64,000 bases of DNA from contig OZ245033.1 of assembly GCA_965224025.1 (NCBI GenBank), positions 1,152,001 through 1,216,000 of the forward strand. Reading direction: 5' to 3'. Each line of letters opens with the position of its first letter. The first letter of the stretch is position 1. The notes under the pieces were generated by a model, which was not told where the DNA came from, made no database searches, and was given only the letters and a program-made list of their open reading frames with translations. Both the position numbers and the translations under genes were made by a program. The DNA comes from Candidatus Multivorans sp. (GTDB lineage Bacteria > Acidobacteriota > Thermoanaerobaculia > Multivoradales > Multivoraceae). Shown piece after piece: positions 42,304-54,052 of this stretch.

Positions 42304-43236
42304 ATGGACACCCGGCGCCGATTCCTGCCTGCCGCGATCGCCGCCGCTTTGTATCTGGCGGTGTTCGCGGCGTGCGACAAGACGAACCCGGTGGCGCCGT
42401 CGGGCACGCTGATCACGATCAGCGCGAATCCGGACCGCATTCCGTCCGACGGCAGTTCCGAAATCCGGGTCGTGGCGCTGCGGCCGAACGGCACGCCGGT
42501 CAGTTCCGGCACCCTGGTGCGGCTCGCGACCACGCTGGGCTCGATTCCGCCCAGTGTTCCCGTCGACGATCGTGGCGAGGCGCTGGCGATGCTCGAAGCG
42601 AATGGCCAGTTCGGCGCTGCCACGATTTCGGCCAGCACGGGCGGCTCGGAGACGGCGACGGTGGTGGTCCAGGTCGGTCTTTCGCCGGCTTCAGTCACCG
42701 TGCAGGTGACGCCGAACAGCGTGCCCGAGACGGGCGGAGAGGCAGATCTGCTGACCATCGTTCGCGACGACCGGGGCCAGCCGCTCGAGAAGGCCGAGGT
42801 CAACTTCCGCACCCAGATCGGCACGCTCGAATCGGGCGGCGGATTGATCTCTACCGGCGCCGACGGCACCGCGTCGGACCGGCTGATCGTCACCTCGGGC
42901 GATCTCGACACCGTGACGGGCGACAGCTTCGAGGTCGGCGTAGATGTCGGCAGCGGCGGCGGCCAGTTGGTGACGACGAACGTGAGCGTCAGCATTCAGC
43001 GGCTGCCGCGGGCCGACTTCACCTTCAGCACCCGCAATCTGCTGGTCGCGTTCGAGGACACGACCGACGGACGCACGACGAGTTGGTTGTGGATCTTCGG
43101 CGACGACAACACGAGCACGCGGCAGAACCCGACCCATACCTACGCCGCGACGGGCACCTACGCGGTCACCTTCCGGGCCACCAACTCGCTCGGCTCCGAC
43201 GAGGTGACGAAGTTCGTCCAGGTCACGGGCCAGTAG
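42304..43236 (+). CDS. Lipoprotein with two Ig-like (Big-1-like) repeats and a PKD domain
   Basis: Lipobox FAAC; W.FGD..TST.QNPTHTY...GTY.V. Confidence 0.8.
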   Translation: MDTRRRFLPAAIAAALYLAVFAACDKTNPVAPSGTLITISANPDRIPSDGSSEIRVVALRPNGTPVSSGTLVRLATTLGSIPPSVPVDDRGEALAMLEANGQFGAATISASTGGSETATVVVQVGLSPASVTVQVTPNSVPETGGEADLLTIVRDDRGQPLEKAEVNFRTQIGTLESGGGLISTGADGTASDRLIVTSGDLDTVTGDSFEVGVDVGSGGGQLVTTNVSVSIQRLPRADFTFSTRNLLVAFEDTTDGRTTSWLWIFGDDNTSTRQNPTHTYAATGTYAVTFRATNSLGSDEVTKFVQVTGQ

Positions 43237-43248
43237 CCGCGGCCGGCG

Positions 43249-43509
43249 ATGGCAGCCGAAGGGAGCCCAGGGGCTGCTCACTCGCCGACGCCGACAGTCA
43301 CGCTGGGCAAGTTGTACCTGGCCCAGGGACACCGGCGCGAGGCCGCGGAGATCTTCGAACAGGTCCTCAGGGCCGACCCGGGCAACCGCCGGGCGCGCGA
43401 TGGGCTGGAAAGCCTGCGCGGGAAGGTGAAGCCCCGTAGCCGCGGGTCCGTAGCCGCGGGTCTTCTGACCCGCGGGAAACAAGCGCCGCCGCGAAGCGGC
43501 GACTGGTAA
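43249..43509 (+). CDS. Small single-TPR protein
   Basis: TVTLGKLYLAQGH..EA..IFEQVL..DPGN..A; its C-terminus runs through a REP copy. Confidence 0.6.
   Translation: MAAEGSPGAAHSPTPTVTLGKLYLAQGHRREAAEIFEQVLRADPGNRRARDGLESLRGKVKPRSRGSVAAGLLTRGKQAPPRSGDW
43434..43475. repeat. REP-like palindrome, family A, with a 14-bp tandem duplication
   Basis: GTAG-CCGCGGGTC-TTCT-GACCCGCGG preceded by a second CCGTAGCCGCGGGT. Confidence 0.65.
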
Positions 43510-43537
43510 CCGCCCGTAGCGGATACACTCCGCCGTT

Positions 43538-44011
<474 letters not shown>

Positions 44012-44082
44012 GCACAGGCCCGAGATAGCCCCGGGCCCCAGGATGCTCGTTGCGGTTCGGACTGTCAGCCGTCTGGCGGCGC

Positions 44083-45465
44083 ATGTTGGGAGTTGAGCGA
44101 CGCGTGCCGGCACCCATCGGTGGCTCCGCGCAGCCGTTCCGCAAGATCCTGGTCGCCAACCGGGGCGAGATCGCGGTGCGGATCATCCGGGCCTGCCGGG
44201 ACCTCGACATCGCGACCGTCGCGGTGTTCAGCACCGCGGACCGCGACACCCTGCACGTGCGGCTGGCCGACGAGGCGGTCTGCGTGGGGCCTCCGGCGCC
44301 GGCCGGGAGCTACCTGCACAAGCGCAATCTGCTTTCGGCAGCACTCATCACCAGCGCGGAGGCGGTCCATCCAGGCTACGGATTCCTGGCCGAGAACGCA
44401 GGCTTCGCCGCCGCCGTAGAGCAGTGCGGCCTGACCTGGATCGGGCCGTCGCCGTCGTCCATCCGCACGCTGGGCGACAAGAGCCGAGGTCGGGAAGCCG
44501 CGGTCGCGGCCGATGTGCCCGTGCTCGAGGGCGGTCCGCTGCCGGAGTCGTCCGCGGAGGCGGCGGCGTTTGCCGACGGGATCGGCTACCCGCTGATGCT
44601 GAAGGCCGCCGCGGGCGGTGGCGGCCGCGGCATGCGGGCCGTCCAAGACCGCGCCAGGCTTGAGAGCGCTATCGAGTCGGCGGCGAGCGAGGCCCGCGCC
44701 GCCTTCGGCAGCGGCGAACTCATCGTTGAGCGCCTGGTCGAACGCCCGCGCCACATCGAGGTCCAGGTGTTCGGCGACTCGTTCGGCCGCACGGTGCAGC
44801 TTGGCGAGCGCGACTGCTCAATTCAGCGCCGGCACCAGAAGCTGGTGGAGGAGGCGCCGGCGCCAAGGGTAGGGACCGACCTGCGGCGGTCGCTGGCCGC
44901 CGCCGCAGTGCGGCTGGCGAAGCGGGTCGGCTACGCGAACGCGGGTACGGTCGAGTTCCTGGTGGAGGGCGACCGCTTCTACTTCCTGGAGATGAACACG
45001 CGCATCCAGGTCGAACATCCGGTGACCGAGTCGGTGACCGGCGTCGACCTGGTCAAGCTGCAGATCCTGGCCGCCGCCGGCGAGCCGCTGGGGTTGGCCG
45101 ACGGCACGCCGACGAGCGGCCACGCGATCGAATGCCGGATCAACGCGGAGGATCCGGAGACCTTCGCGCCCTCGCCGGGCACGCTCCGCCGCTACCGCCC
45201 TCCGGCCGGCCCGGGGATCCGGGTCGACAGCCACGGATTCGAGGGCGCGTCGATGCCGCCGCACTACGATTCGCTGGTGGCCAAGGTGATCGCCCACGGC
45301 GCGAACCGGGAGGAGGCGATCTCGAGGATGACCCGCGCCCTGATGGAGTTCGACATCGACGGAGTCCGCACCACGCTGCCGCTGATGCGGCGGCTCGTCG
45401 GCTCGCGGGCATTCGCCGACGCCGCGCTCGATGCCGGGTTCCTGGCGCGGCTGGACGGAGAATGA
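44083..45465 (+). CDS. accC: Biotin carboxylase
   Basis: ANRGEIAVR, HPGYGFLAEN, GGGGRGM, ERDCSIQRRHQK, EMNTRIQVEH. Start uncertain (44083 or 44104). Confidence 0.95.
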   Translation: MLGVERRVPAPIGGSAQPFRKILVANRGEIAVRIIRACRDLDIATVAVFSTADRDTLHVRLADEAVCVGPPAPAGSYLHKRNLLSAALITSAEAVHPGYGFLAENAGFAAAVEQCGLTWIGPSPSSIRTLGDKSRGREAAVAADVPVLEGGPLPESSAEAAAFADGIGYPLMLKAAAGGGGRGMRAVQDRARLESAIESAASEARAAFGSGELIVERLVERPRHIEVQVFGDSFGRTVQLGERDCSIQRRHQKLVEEAPAPRVGTDLRRSLAAAAVRLAKRVGYANAGTVEFLVEGDRFYFLEMNTRIQVEHPVTESVTGVDLVKLQILAAAGEPLGLADGTPTSGHAIECRINAEDPETFAPSPGTLRRYRPPAGPGIRVDSHGFEGASMPPHYDSLVAKVIAHGANREEAISRMTRALMEFDIDGVRTTLPLMRRLVGSRAFADAALDAGFLARLDGE

Positions 45466-46235
45466 GCGCCGGTCGGGCTGGTGGGACCGCGGGGGGGCGC
45501 ACGCCGGTTCCTGGGAACGCGGGCGTCTCGCCCGCATCGGCCGCAGGCCGGTCTCCGGTTCCGCTCCGGCCACCCGCGAACCGCCTCTACGCGATCGTCG
45601 ACACGGGGCTCGTCGGCCCCGAGCCGGAGGCCGTGACCTCCACCGTGCGGACGCTGCTCGACTGCGGAGTGCTCTGGATTCAGCTTCGCGCCAAGAGTTT
45701 GCCCGACCTTCAGGCGTGGCGTTTGGCCGAGGCTGTGGCCCGGGTCGTCGAGGCGGCGACATCGGGCGGCGGCTCCGCTCCCGACGCCGCCCTGTTCTGG
45801 ATCAACGACCGGCCCGGCATCGCCGCCGCGCTGCCGGCGACCAAGGGCCCGCGTGTCGGCCTCCATCTCGGCCAGGACGACCTGCCGCCGTCCGTGGCGC
45901 GTTCTTCGCTGCCGGACGACCGGTACATCGGCCGCTCCACGCACAGCCGCGAACAGGCCGTCGAGGCCGACCGCGACCCGGCCGTCGACGCGGTGGCCAT
46001 CGGCCCCGCCTTCGGAACCACCACGAAGGACCGGCCGGACCCGGTCGTCGGCCTCGCCGGCGTAGCCGCCGCGCGCGCGGTCACCGCCAAACCCCTGATC
46101 GCGATCGGCGGCATCGACGCTGAGCGTGCCCCGCGCGTGATCGAAGCCGGCGCCGACGCGGTGGCCGTCGTCTCGGCCCTCGACTCTGGGGATCTGGGGG
46201 CCTCGTGTGGCCGCCTGCTGCGGGCGCTGGCCTGA
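45462..46235 (+). CDS. thiE: Thiamine-phosphate synthase
   Basis: LYAIVD, IQLRAK, INDR, HLGQDD, GRSTHS, GPAFGTTTK, AIGGID; ATGA overlap with accC. Confidence 0.9.
   Translation: MSAGRAGGTAGGRTPVPGNAGVSPASAAGRSPVPLRPPANRLYAIVDTGLVGPEPEAVTSTVRTLLDCGVLWIQLRAKSLPDLQAWRLAEAVARVVEAATSGGGSAPDAALFWINDRPGIAAALPATKGPRVGLHLGQDDLPPSVARSSLPDDRYIGRSTHSREQAVEADRDPAVDAVAIGPAFGTTTKDRPDPVVGLAGVAAARAVTAKPLIAIGGIDAERAPRVIEAGADAVAVVSALDSGDLGASCGRLLRALA
45511..45538. repeat. REP-like palindrome, family B, inside the thiE 5' coding region
   Basis: CTGGGAACGCGGGCGTCTCGCCCGCATC, read in frame as GNAGVSPA. Confidence 0.6.
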
Positions 46236-46423
46236 AGGCTCCGCTGGGCCGTCGTCAGCTGTCTTGATGGCGCGATCGCTCGCTTCTGAGCGCCCGCACG
46301 AGGAACACCGTGAAGCCACCCCATACGAAGCCGCAGATCAGAATCAGGACGAGGATGGCAAGTGGCGACATCGACTGAACTCGTCGGTCGACTATATGCC
46401 ACGGGTTCCAGGATCTCGTCGCA

Positions 46424-46449
46424 AAGTGTACACTTCAAAGGCGACACTT
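46424..46449. promoter_or_regulatory. Candidate antitoxin operator
   Basis: Perfect palindrome AAGTGTACACTT plus an imperfect second copy AAGGCGACACTT just upstream of the antitoxin RBS. Confidence 0.55.
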
Positions 46450-46465
46450 GGTATGGGAGAAGACG

Positions 46466-46720
46466 ATGGAGATCACTGCAAAGGGCTTGAGGAGTCGGGT
46501 AGGCGAGGTCCTCAGGTGCGTGGAGCGCGGAGAAACGGTGACCATCACCTATCGGGGCCGGCCCAGAGCAAGGCTCGTGGCCATCGAAGAGGACTCAGCC
46601 TCGGCGCCGGACGAGAAGACGTTGTCGCCTGCCTTCGGCATATGGAAGGACCGCACCGACATGGCCGATGTCGCAGCTCATGTCAGGCGGCTGCGGGAAG
46701 GCCGCTTCCGTGCTGGTTGA
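46466..46720 (+). CDS. Phd/YefM-family antitoxin
   Basis: MEITAKGLRSRVGEVLRCVERGETVTITYRGRPRARLV...AFGIWKDR. Confidence 0.88.
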   Translation: MEITAKGLRSRVGEVLRCVERGETVTITYRGRPRARLVAIEEDSASAPDEKTLSPAFGIWKDRTDMADVAAHVRRLREGRFRAG

Positions 46721-47099
46721 TACGGATGTCCTCATCTGGTTCCTTCGAGGGCGGGAGTCAGCGGTGAAAGCGATCGTGGCTGGTTCGTCGGTCGAGCTTT
46801 CGGCCGTTACCTACATGGAGCTCGTGCAGGGTGTTCGGAGCAAGGAGGAACTTCGCTCGCTGCGACTGACGATTCAGCGGAACGGGTGGCGAATCCTGCC
46901 CTTGACCGAGAACATCGGTCAGCGGGCCACGGTCTACGTCGAGAACTATGCGCTCTCCGACGGAATGCGGCTCGCAGACGCCCTGATCGCGGCTTCGGCC
47001 GTCGAGTCCGGAGCCGTGCTCCTGACCGGGAACGAGCGTCACTATCGTTGCGTGCCGGGCCTGACGCTCGACCGCTACCAGCCGGTCGAAACGGGCTGA
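46710..47099 (+). CDS. vapC: PIN-domain toxin, VapC family
   Basis: VLVDTDVLIW, TYMELVQG, LADALIAASA, LLTGNERHY; overlaps the antitoxin stop. Confidence 0.92.
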   Translation: MLVDTDVLIWFLRGRESAVKAIVAGSSVELSAVTYMELVQGVRSKEELRSLRLTIQRNGWRILPLTENIGQRATVYVENYALSDGMRLADALIAASAVESGAVLLTGNERHYRCVPGLTLDRYQPVETG

Positions 47100-47109
47100 G
47101 GGGTCTGCA

Positions 47110-47619
47110 ATGCGCGTCTTCCTCGTCGGCTTCATGGCGGCCGGCAAAAGCAGGATCGGCCGGCGGCTGGCACGTTCCCTCGGTTGGCCTTTCCGGGATC
47201 TCGACTCGGACATCGCTGCGCATGAGGGGCAGCCAGTGGCCGATCTGATCGTCGAGCGTGGTGAGGCCTACTTCCGGGAACGCGAGACGGCGGCGCTCGA
47301 ACGCTGCGCCGCACTCGACCGGGCGGTGATCGCCACCGGCGGCGGCGTCTTTACCCTGGAGCGGAACCGCCGGCTGATCGCGGACCTCGGCACCAGCGTT
47401 TGGCTCGACCCGCCCTGGGAGGCTCTGTGCCGCCGCGCGCAGCAGTCCCACAAGCGCCGCCCGTTGTTCGAAACCCCGGACCAGGCCCGGGCCCTGTACG
47501 AGAGTCGCCTCGACTCGTACCGCCAGGCGGACGTGAGGATCAGGACCCGGGGATCCGAACGCAAGCGGGACGTCGCGACCGAGGTGGTCCGGAGACTGGG
47601 CCTGCCGTCAGAGGGCTGA
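47110..47619 (+). CDS. aroK: Shikimate kinase
   Basis: LVGFMAAGKS, DLD, GEAYFRERE, IATGGG, RPL. Confidence 0.93.
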   Translation: MRVFLVGFMAAGKSRIGRRLARSLGWPFRDLDSDIAAHEGQPVADLIVERGEAYFRERETAALERCAALDRAVIATGGGVFTLERNRRLIADLGTSVWLDPPWEALCRRAQQSHKRRPLFETPDQARALYESRLDSYRQADVRIRTRGSERKRDVATEVVRRLGLPSEG

Positions 47620-49054
47620 TTGCCACTTAGCGAGACCGCGCTCGATCGCCTCGTCCAACCACTTGCGGAAGCGGGGTTCGATGTCTGAGACCTTTTCTTT
47701 GTAGTTGATCCGGAAGACATCGGCGCAGAGCGGTCTCTCTCCAGTCGATTCCAGTCTGTCGTCGTCGCCCTGCAGGTGCTCAAACCAGGTTGCGGAACAG
47801 GCCAGGACGCCTCGGAAGTCGTGGCCAATCGAGTGAAACGAGATCAGCACATTGGCTGGTGTTCCCTTCTTGGCGGCTTCGTTGATGCCCAGGCGTACCC
47901 AGGCCCGGTGCTGGTCCGTGTTCGCGAAGTAGTCGAGTTCCTTGGCTGTCGAGATGACTTGGCGCCTGAACCAGTGACTTCGGTCGCCTTGGTCGTCCTC
48001 ACTGTGTACGAAGAACTCGAACTCGGGGCTAGCTGACAACTCCTCTTCCAGTTCCGCGCGAACCTCCAGCATCCGCTCGCCCGCTAGTTCAAGGAGCTTC
48101 CGAGCGCTGGCGACAGCGTCATTCCATTCGCGGGCGAGTTCTTTGCGGTGATGGGCCAGTTTCCTGCCGATGCCCCGGATGCGGAGGTCGACTCTGGCTT
48201 CTCTCTCGATCTCTCGAGCAAGGCTGATCGCGTTGAGAAACTCTCTCTTCTGGAGAGCCGAAAAGAAACTGACGAGTGGTCGCAGGTCGCCGCTATCTGC
48301 GACCTCCAGAGCCTGAATGTAGTCACCGCGTTTGGCATCGCGGACGACCAGGGGCAGCCACCCGGCCTGGATGAACACGAGGGTAGCCAAGGCCCGCGCT
48401 ACTCGCCCGTTTCCGTCCTGGAAAGGGTGGATCTGCGCGAAGCGGTGGTGAAGCCAGACGGCTTCGACCTCGGGAGGGGTGTCCTTGTGGTTCCGGTGCA
48501 GTTCCAGAAGTCGGTCCATTTCTGCCGCGACATGCTCAGGCGGGCAGTACTCGTGGATCGTCCCGTCGTCTCTGGTCGGGTTGTTCGGTCGGTTCTTGTA
48601 GGCGCCTTTTTAGGGGCTATCTGCGTTCTTCGTCCGAACTGGTCACGCCCTTTCGCGAACTCCTGATTGCGGGTGAACAAGGCGTGGAGCTCCTTGACGT
48701 AGCTGCTGGATAGGAGTCGGTCTCCTTTGACGAACGCGAACAGGCTCTCTATGGTGTTCTTCTGGTCGCCGAGCATGGCGACCTTCTCCTCACCCAGGCC
48801 AGCGCGATGCGGAATCAGAGCCGCGTCGATGCCCCGCTCTATCAGGAGTTCCGTCACGCCGCGATCCAGGTCGTAAAGGCGTTCAATCAATCCGGTTTCG
48901 ATGGCCCACTCGCGCTTGAGCCGTTCCGTGAGCTGGTCGAGGCCTTCAAGGCCCGACTTCTGTTCTGACCATACGGCGGACAAAGCCCCCAACTCAGGAT
49001 CTGCAAGTTCCTTGGGGTCGACCTCGTAGTCGCTGATGGGGTCTGATGCGCCAT
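47608..49054 (-). pseudogene. Fic-domain protein with two frameshifts
   Basis: ATG at 49054 after GAGGAGA; shift near 49040 into PISDYEVD...AIETGLIE; second shift near 48610 into GAYKNRPNNP...HPFQDGNGRVAR. Confidence 0.82.
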
Positions 49055-49133
49055 GGTGTATCTCCTCGAAGACGAAGAAGCGATACTAGCCGTGTACTGG
49101 TCAGCCTGGCACTGGGCGGTCCGACGCCGTCCA

Positions 49134-49308
49134 GCCCGCAGGGGGTCCGGGGGGAGGGTCCCAGGTGGCTGTCGGCAAGCGACGGCCGACGCCCCTTCGC
49201 CAACCGGTGCCCAACCGGAGCGCAGCCGACCGCAGCGAGCGCCAACCCTTCTTTTCACCAAACAAGCGCGAGCGGCACCTGGGACCCTCCCCCGGGACCC
49301 CTGCGGGC
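49134..49308. repeat. 175-bp element with about 33-bp inverted repeats (MITE/REPIN-like)
   Basis: GCCCGCAGGGGGTCCGGGGGGAGGGTCCCAGGTG (49134-49167) is nearly complementary to 49276-49308. Confidence 0.7.
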
Positions 49309-49327
49309 GGGTGCGCGCCAACGACGC

Positions 49328-50254
49328 CTACATCGGCGTGTTGATGATTTCCTGGAAGGTCTTGCCTTCGCGGGCCATGGCGGTGACCTGCTGGAGGCGG
49401 GGGCTGGTGCGGGCTTCGTTGGCGTTTTGCCAGGTGGCGATCGCGCCGTCGCGGTCGCCGAGCTGGAGGAGGAGCAGGCCTCGCATCAGCGCTGCCTGTT
49501 CGTGGCCGGGGTCGCTCTTGAGCGACCGGCCCAGTGAATCCATGGCGACGTCGGGCTGGCCCATCGAGAGACGGACGACGCCGGAGACGTAGTGGCCGTC
49601 GGGATCGTCCGGGTCGATCTCCAGGATGCGCTGGGCCTGCTGGAAGGCGTCGAAGATGCGGCCGTTGGACAGCAGGAGTTGGGTCAGGGCGCGGTGCAGG
49701 TCGATGTTCGTGGGATAGGCCTCGATCTGCCGCCGCAGTTCCTCGGCCTGGCGGGCCATTTCGGGGCCGAGCGGGGCCTGGCCGCGGAAGTCGGCGCCGC
49801 CGCCGGCCTGTTGCTCGGCCATCTGCTGGGCTTCGGGATCGGGCCGGGCGTCGGACTGGGCCCAGATCACGAGGGCGGCGACCAGGCCGACCACGCCGCC
49901 GCCGAGCAGCACGCCGGAGAGCAGGGGGTGGGCCTGGACGAAGGCCCCGCCGGCCGGTTGCGTCGCCCTTGGTTTGGCGCCGCGCTGCGGGGCGATCCCG
50001 GCGATGGCCTCCTCGACCTCGTCGAGCTCCTTCAGCACCCGGGCCGCGGAAACCTGGAGCCGGCGGCGGTCCGCCGCTTCGAGACCGGCCTGCTTCAGCC
50101 GGGCGAGCAGATCGTCGCGCCGGCTCAGGAGGTCCGTGCGCTGGAGCTTGAGCGCGGCCGCGCGCGTCGCGGCTTCCCGGGGCAGGAACGCGAACCCGAC
50201 TCCCAGGCCGGCGAGGACGGCGGCTGCCAGTGCGACCGTCGCGACGAGAGTCAG
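49328..50254 (-). CDS. ccmI: CcmI/CycH-like TPR protein
   Basis: Two TM segments then TPR repeats; the frame extends upstream to a CTG overlapping the ccmH stop. Confidence 0.7.
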   Translation of the reverse strand: MTLVATVALAAAVLAGLGVGFAFLPREAATRAAALKLQRTDLLSRRDDLLARLKQAGLEAADRRRLQVSAARVLKELDEVEEAIAGIAPQRGAKPRATQPAGGAFVQAHPLLSGVLLGGGVVGLVAALVIWAQSDARPDPEAQQMAEQQAGGGADFRGQAPLGPEMARQAEELRRQIEAYPTNIDLHRALTQLLLSNGRIFDAFQQAQRILEIDPDDPDGHYVSGVVRLSMGQPDVAMDSLGRSLKSDPGHEQAALMRGLLLLQLGDRDGAIATWQNANEARTSPRLQQVTAMAREGKTFQEIINTPM

Positions 50255-50841
50255 GTCGCTGTCTCCTGCTCCACCCGTTGCAGGTAGGCGTCAAGAGCTT
50301 CGTCGCCGCTCCGTCGCCGTTGGCGGATTCGGTGGGCGACCAGGAGGGCGCCGAGCAGGACGATGGCGGCGGGCGCCCCCCAGACGAGCAGATTGAGCCC
50401 CCGGGCGCGCGGCTCGAGCAGGACGAACTCACCGTAGCGCTGCTCGAAGTAGCCGACGACCTGTTCCCGGGTGTAGCCGGCCGCGAGCAGCGACCGTGCT
50501 TCCTCGCGCATCGCCTGCGCCGACTGGGCGCCGGAATCGGCGATCGACAGAGCCTGGCACTTCGGGCAGCGGATCTCGGCCGCGACGCCGGCGACGGCCT
50601 GGTCCAGTTCGGCGCCGGAGAGCGGTCGGCCCAGGGGATCGCCCAACTCGTGGGACATCTCGACGCCCAACCCCGGTCGACGTTCTCCTTCCGCCGACGG
50701 CAGCCGGAGGTCCGGCTGCGTAGCCGGCGGCTGGGCCGAAGTCGGTGCGGTGGCCGGGAGCGCGGCCACGAGCGCCAGGAGGGCGGTCTCCCGGATCCAC
50801 CGACGGTTGTCCGTTCGGAGCCTCGATCCGGGGCGCCGCAT
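50251..50841 (-). CDS. ccmH: Cytochrome c maturation protein CcmH
   Basis: IRCPKCQALSIADS, YFEQRYGEFVLLEP, C-terminal TM. Confidence 0.92.
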   Translation of the reverse strand: MRRPGSRLRTDNRRWIRETALLALVAALPATAPTSAQPPATQPDLRLPSAEGERRPGLGVEMSHELGDPLGRPLSGAELDQAVAGVAAEIRCPKCQALSIADSGAQSAQAMREEARSLLAAGYTREQVVGYFEQRYGEFVLLEPRARGLNLLVWGAPAAIVLLGALLVAHRIRQRRRSGDEALDAYLQRVEQETAT

Positions 50842-50842
50842 A

Positions 50843-51375
50843 TCAACCGGTCGCTTCGGCCGGCTGCGCGAGCAGGCGGTTGGCGACGTCGAGGAGATGG
50901 TCAGGCGACACCGCGCCGCTGACCTTGTCCAGGATCACACCGTCGCGGTCGATGAAGAACGTCTCGGGCGCCGCGTAGACGCCGTAGGCGATAGCAACCC
51001 GTCCACCTTCGTCGATCAATGCCGGTCCCCAGCCACCGTAGTCCGCCACGAAACGTCGGATCGGCTGAGGTTCGTCTTGGTAGATGACACCGAGGAAGTG
51101 GATTTGGCCCTGCCAGCGCCGTGAGCCTTCCATGAACAGCGGGTGCTCGGCCCAGCAAGGCACGCAGTAGGAGGCCCAGAAGTTGACGATGACCGGTTCG
51201 CCGCGCAGCTCCTCCAGGGCGACGACGTTGCCGTCCAGGTCGACGAGCCGGAAGTTCGGCGCCGGCTTGCCGATGAGCGGCGACTCGACGATGCTCGGGT
51301 CGTGCCGGAAGGCGTAGCCCAGCAAGACGAGAAGCGGCAGGGCGATGCCGAGGCCGACGAGGAGGACCTTGCGGT

Positions 51376-51379
<4 letters not shown>
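50843..51379 (-). CDS. ccmG: CcmG/DsbE thiol-disulfide oxidoreductase
   Basis: SPLIGKPAPNF, VNFWASYCVPC..EHP, YGVYAAPETFFID. Confidence 0.9.
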
Positions 51380-53372
<1,993 letters not shown>

Positions 53373-53376
<4 letters not shown>

Positions 53377-53861
53377 GTGTCGAACTGCATGGACTCGATC
53401 AACTCCTCCATGCCGCGCTGGTCATCCACGTCGGGGGCCTGGTACTCGTTGTCGTGCTTCACCAGGAGGCGCGAGGTCTCGAACTCGCCGTCTTTCCCCA
53501 GCGTCCCCTCGAGCACGACGCCGATGCCCTCCCGGAACATGGCCGGCGGCACGGCGGTGGTGCGGACGTCTATCTGCGATGTGCCGTCGGTGACCGTGAA
53601 CTCGAGGGTCAGGCCGTCCTCGCTCCGGTTCACCGAGCCCTTCTCGACCAGGCCGCCGAGCCGGATGCTGGCGCCGACCGCCTCGGGGCCCGCTTCGTGG
53701 ACTTCCGAAGGACTCCAGTAGTAGACCAGGTTCTCGCCGACGTCGCCGAAGACCAGAACGGAGAGGGCGATGGCCACGGCGCCGCCCGCGGCCAGCAGCA
53801 GAAGACGCCGGTTGCCGCGGTCAGCCGTTCCGCTGGTGGGGGTCGTGGGTTCCGTGCTCAT
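53373..53861 (-). CDS. ccmE: Heme chaperone CcmE
   Basis: NLVYY.SPSE, IRLGGLVEKGS, MFREGIGVV.EG, KHDNEY (HxxxY). Confidence 0.94.
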
Positions 53862-54003
53862 CGCTCTGTTCCTGCGCCGGTGCGTTGCCAAGGGTCCGTC
53901 GCCGGCGGGCGAACAGACTGAAGGTGTAGAGGGCCAGGGCGGCGCCCGCCAAACCATAGGCGGCAGCGACCCATCCCCAACCGCCGACTATAGCGCCGTC
54001 CAC
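53821..54003 (-). CDS. ccmD: Heme exporter protein CcmD-like
   Basis: Short protein WGWVAAAYGL..AL.LYT followed by a basic tail; directly upstream of ccmE. Confidence 0.65.
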   Translation of the reverse strand: MDGAIVGGWGWVAAAYGLAGAALALYTFSLFARRRRTLGNAPAQEQSDEHGTHDPHQRNG

Positions 54004-54052
54004 CTTCGACTTGCTCCTTTGCGTGACGGGAACCCGGGCTGCGGGCGGGCCG

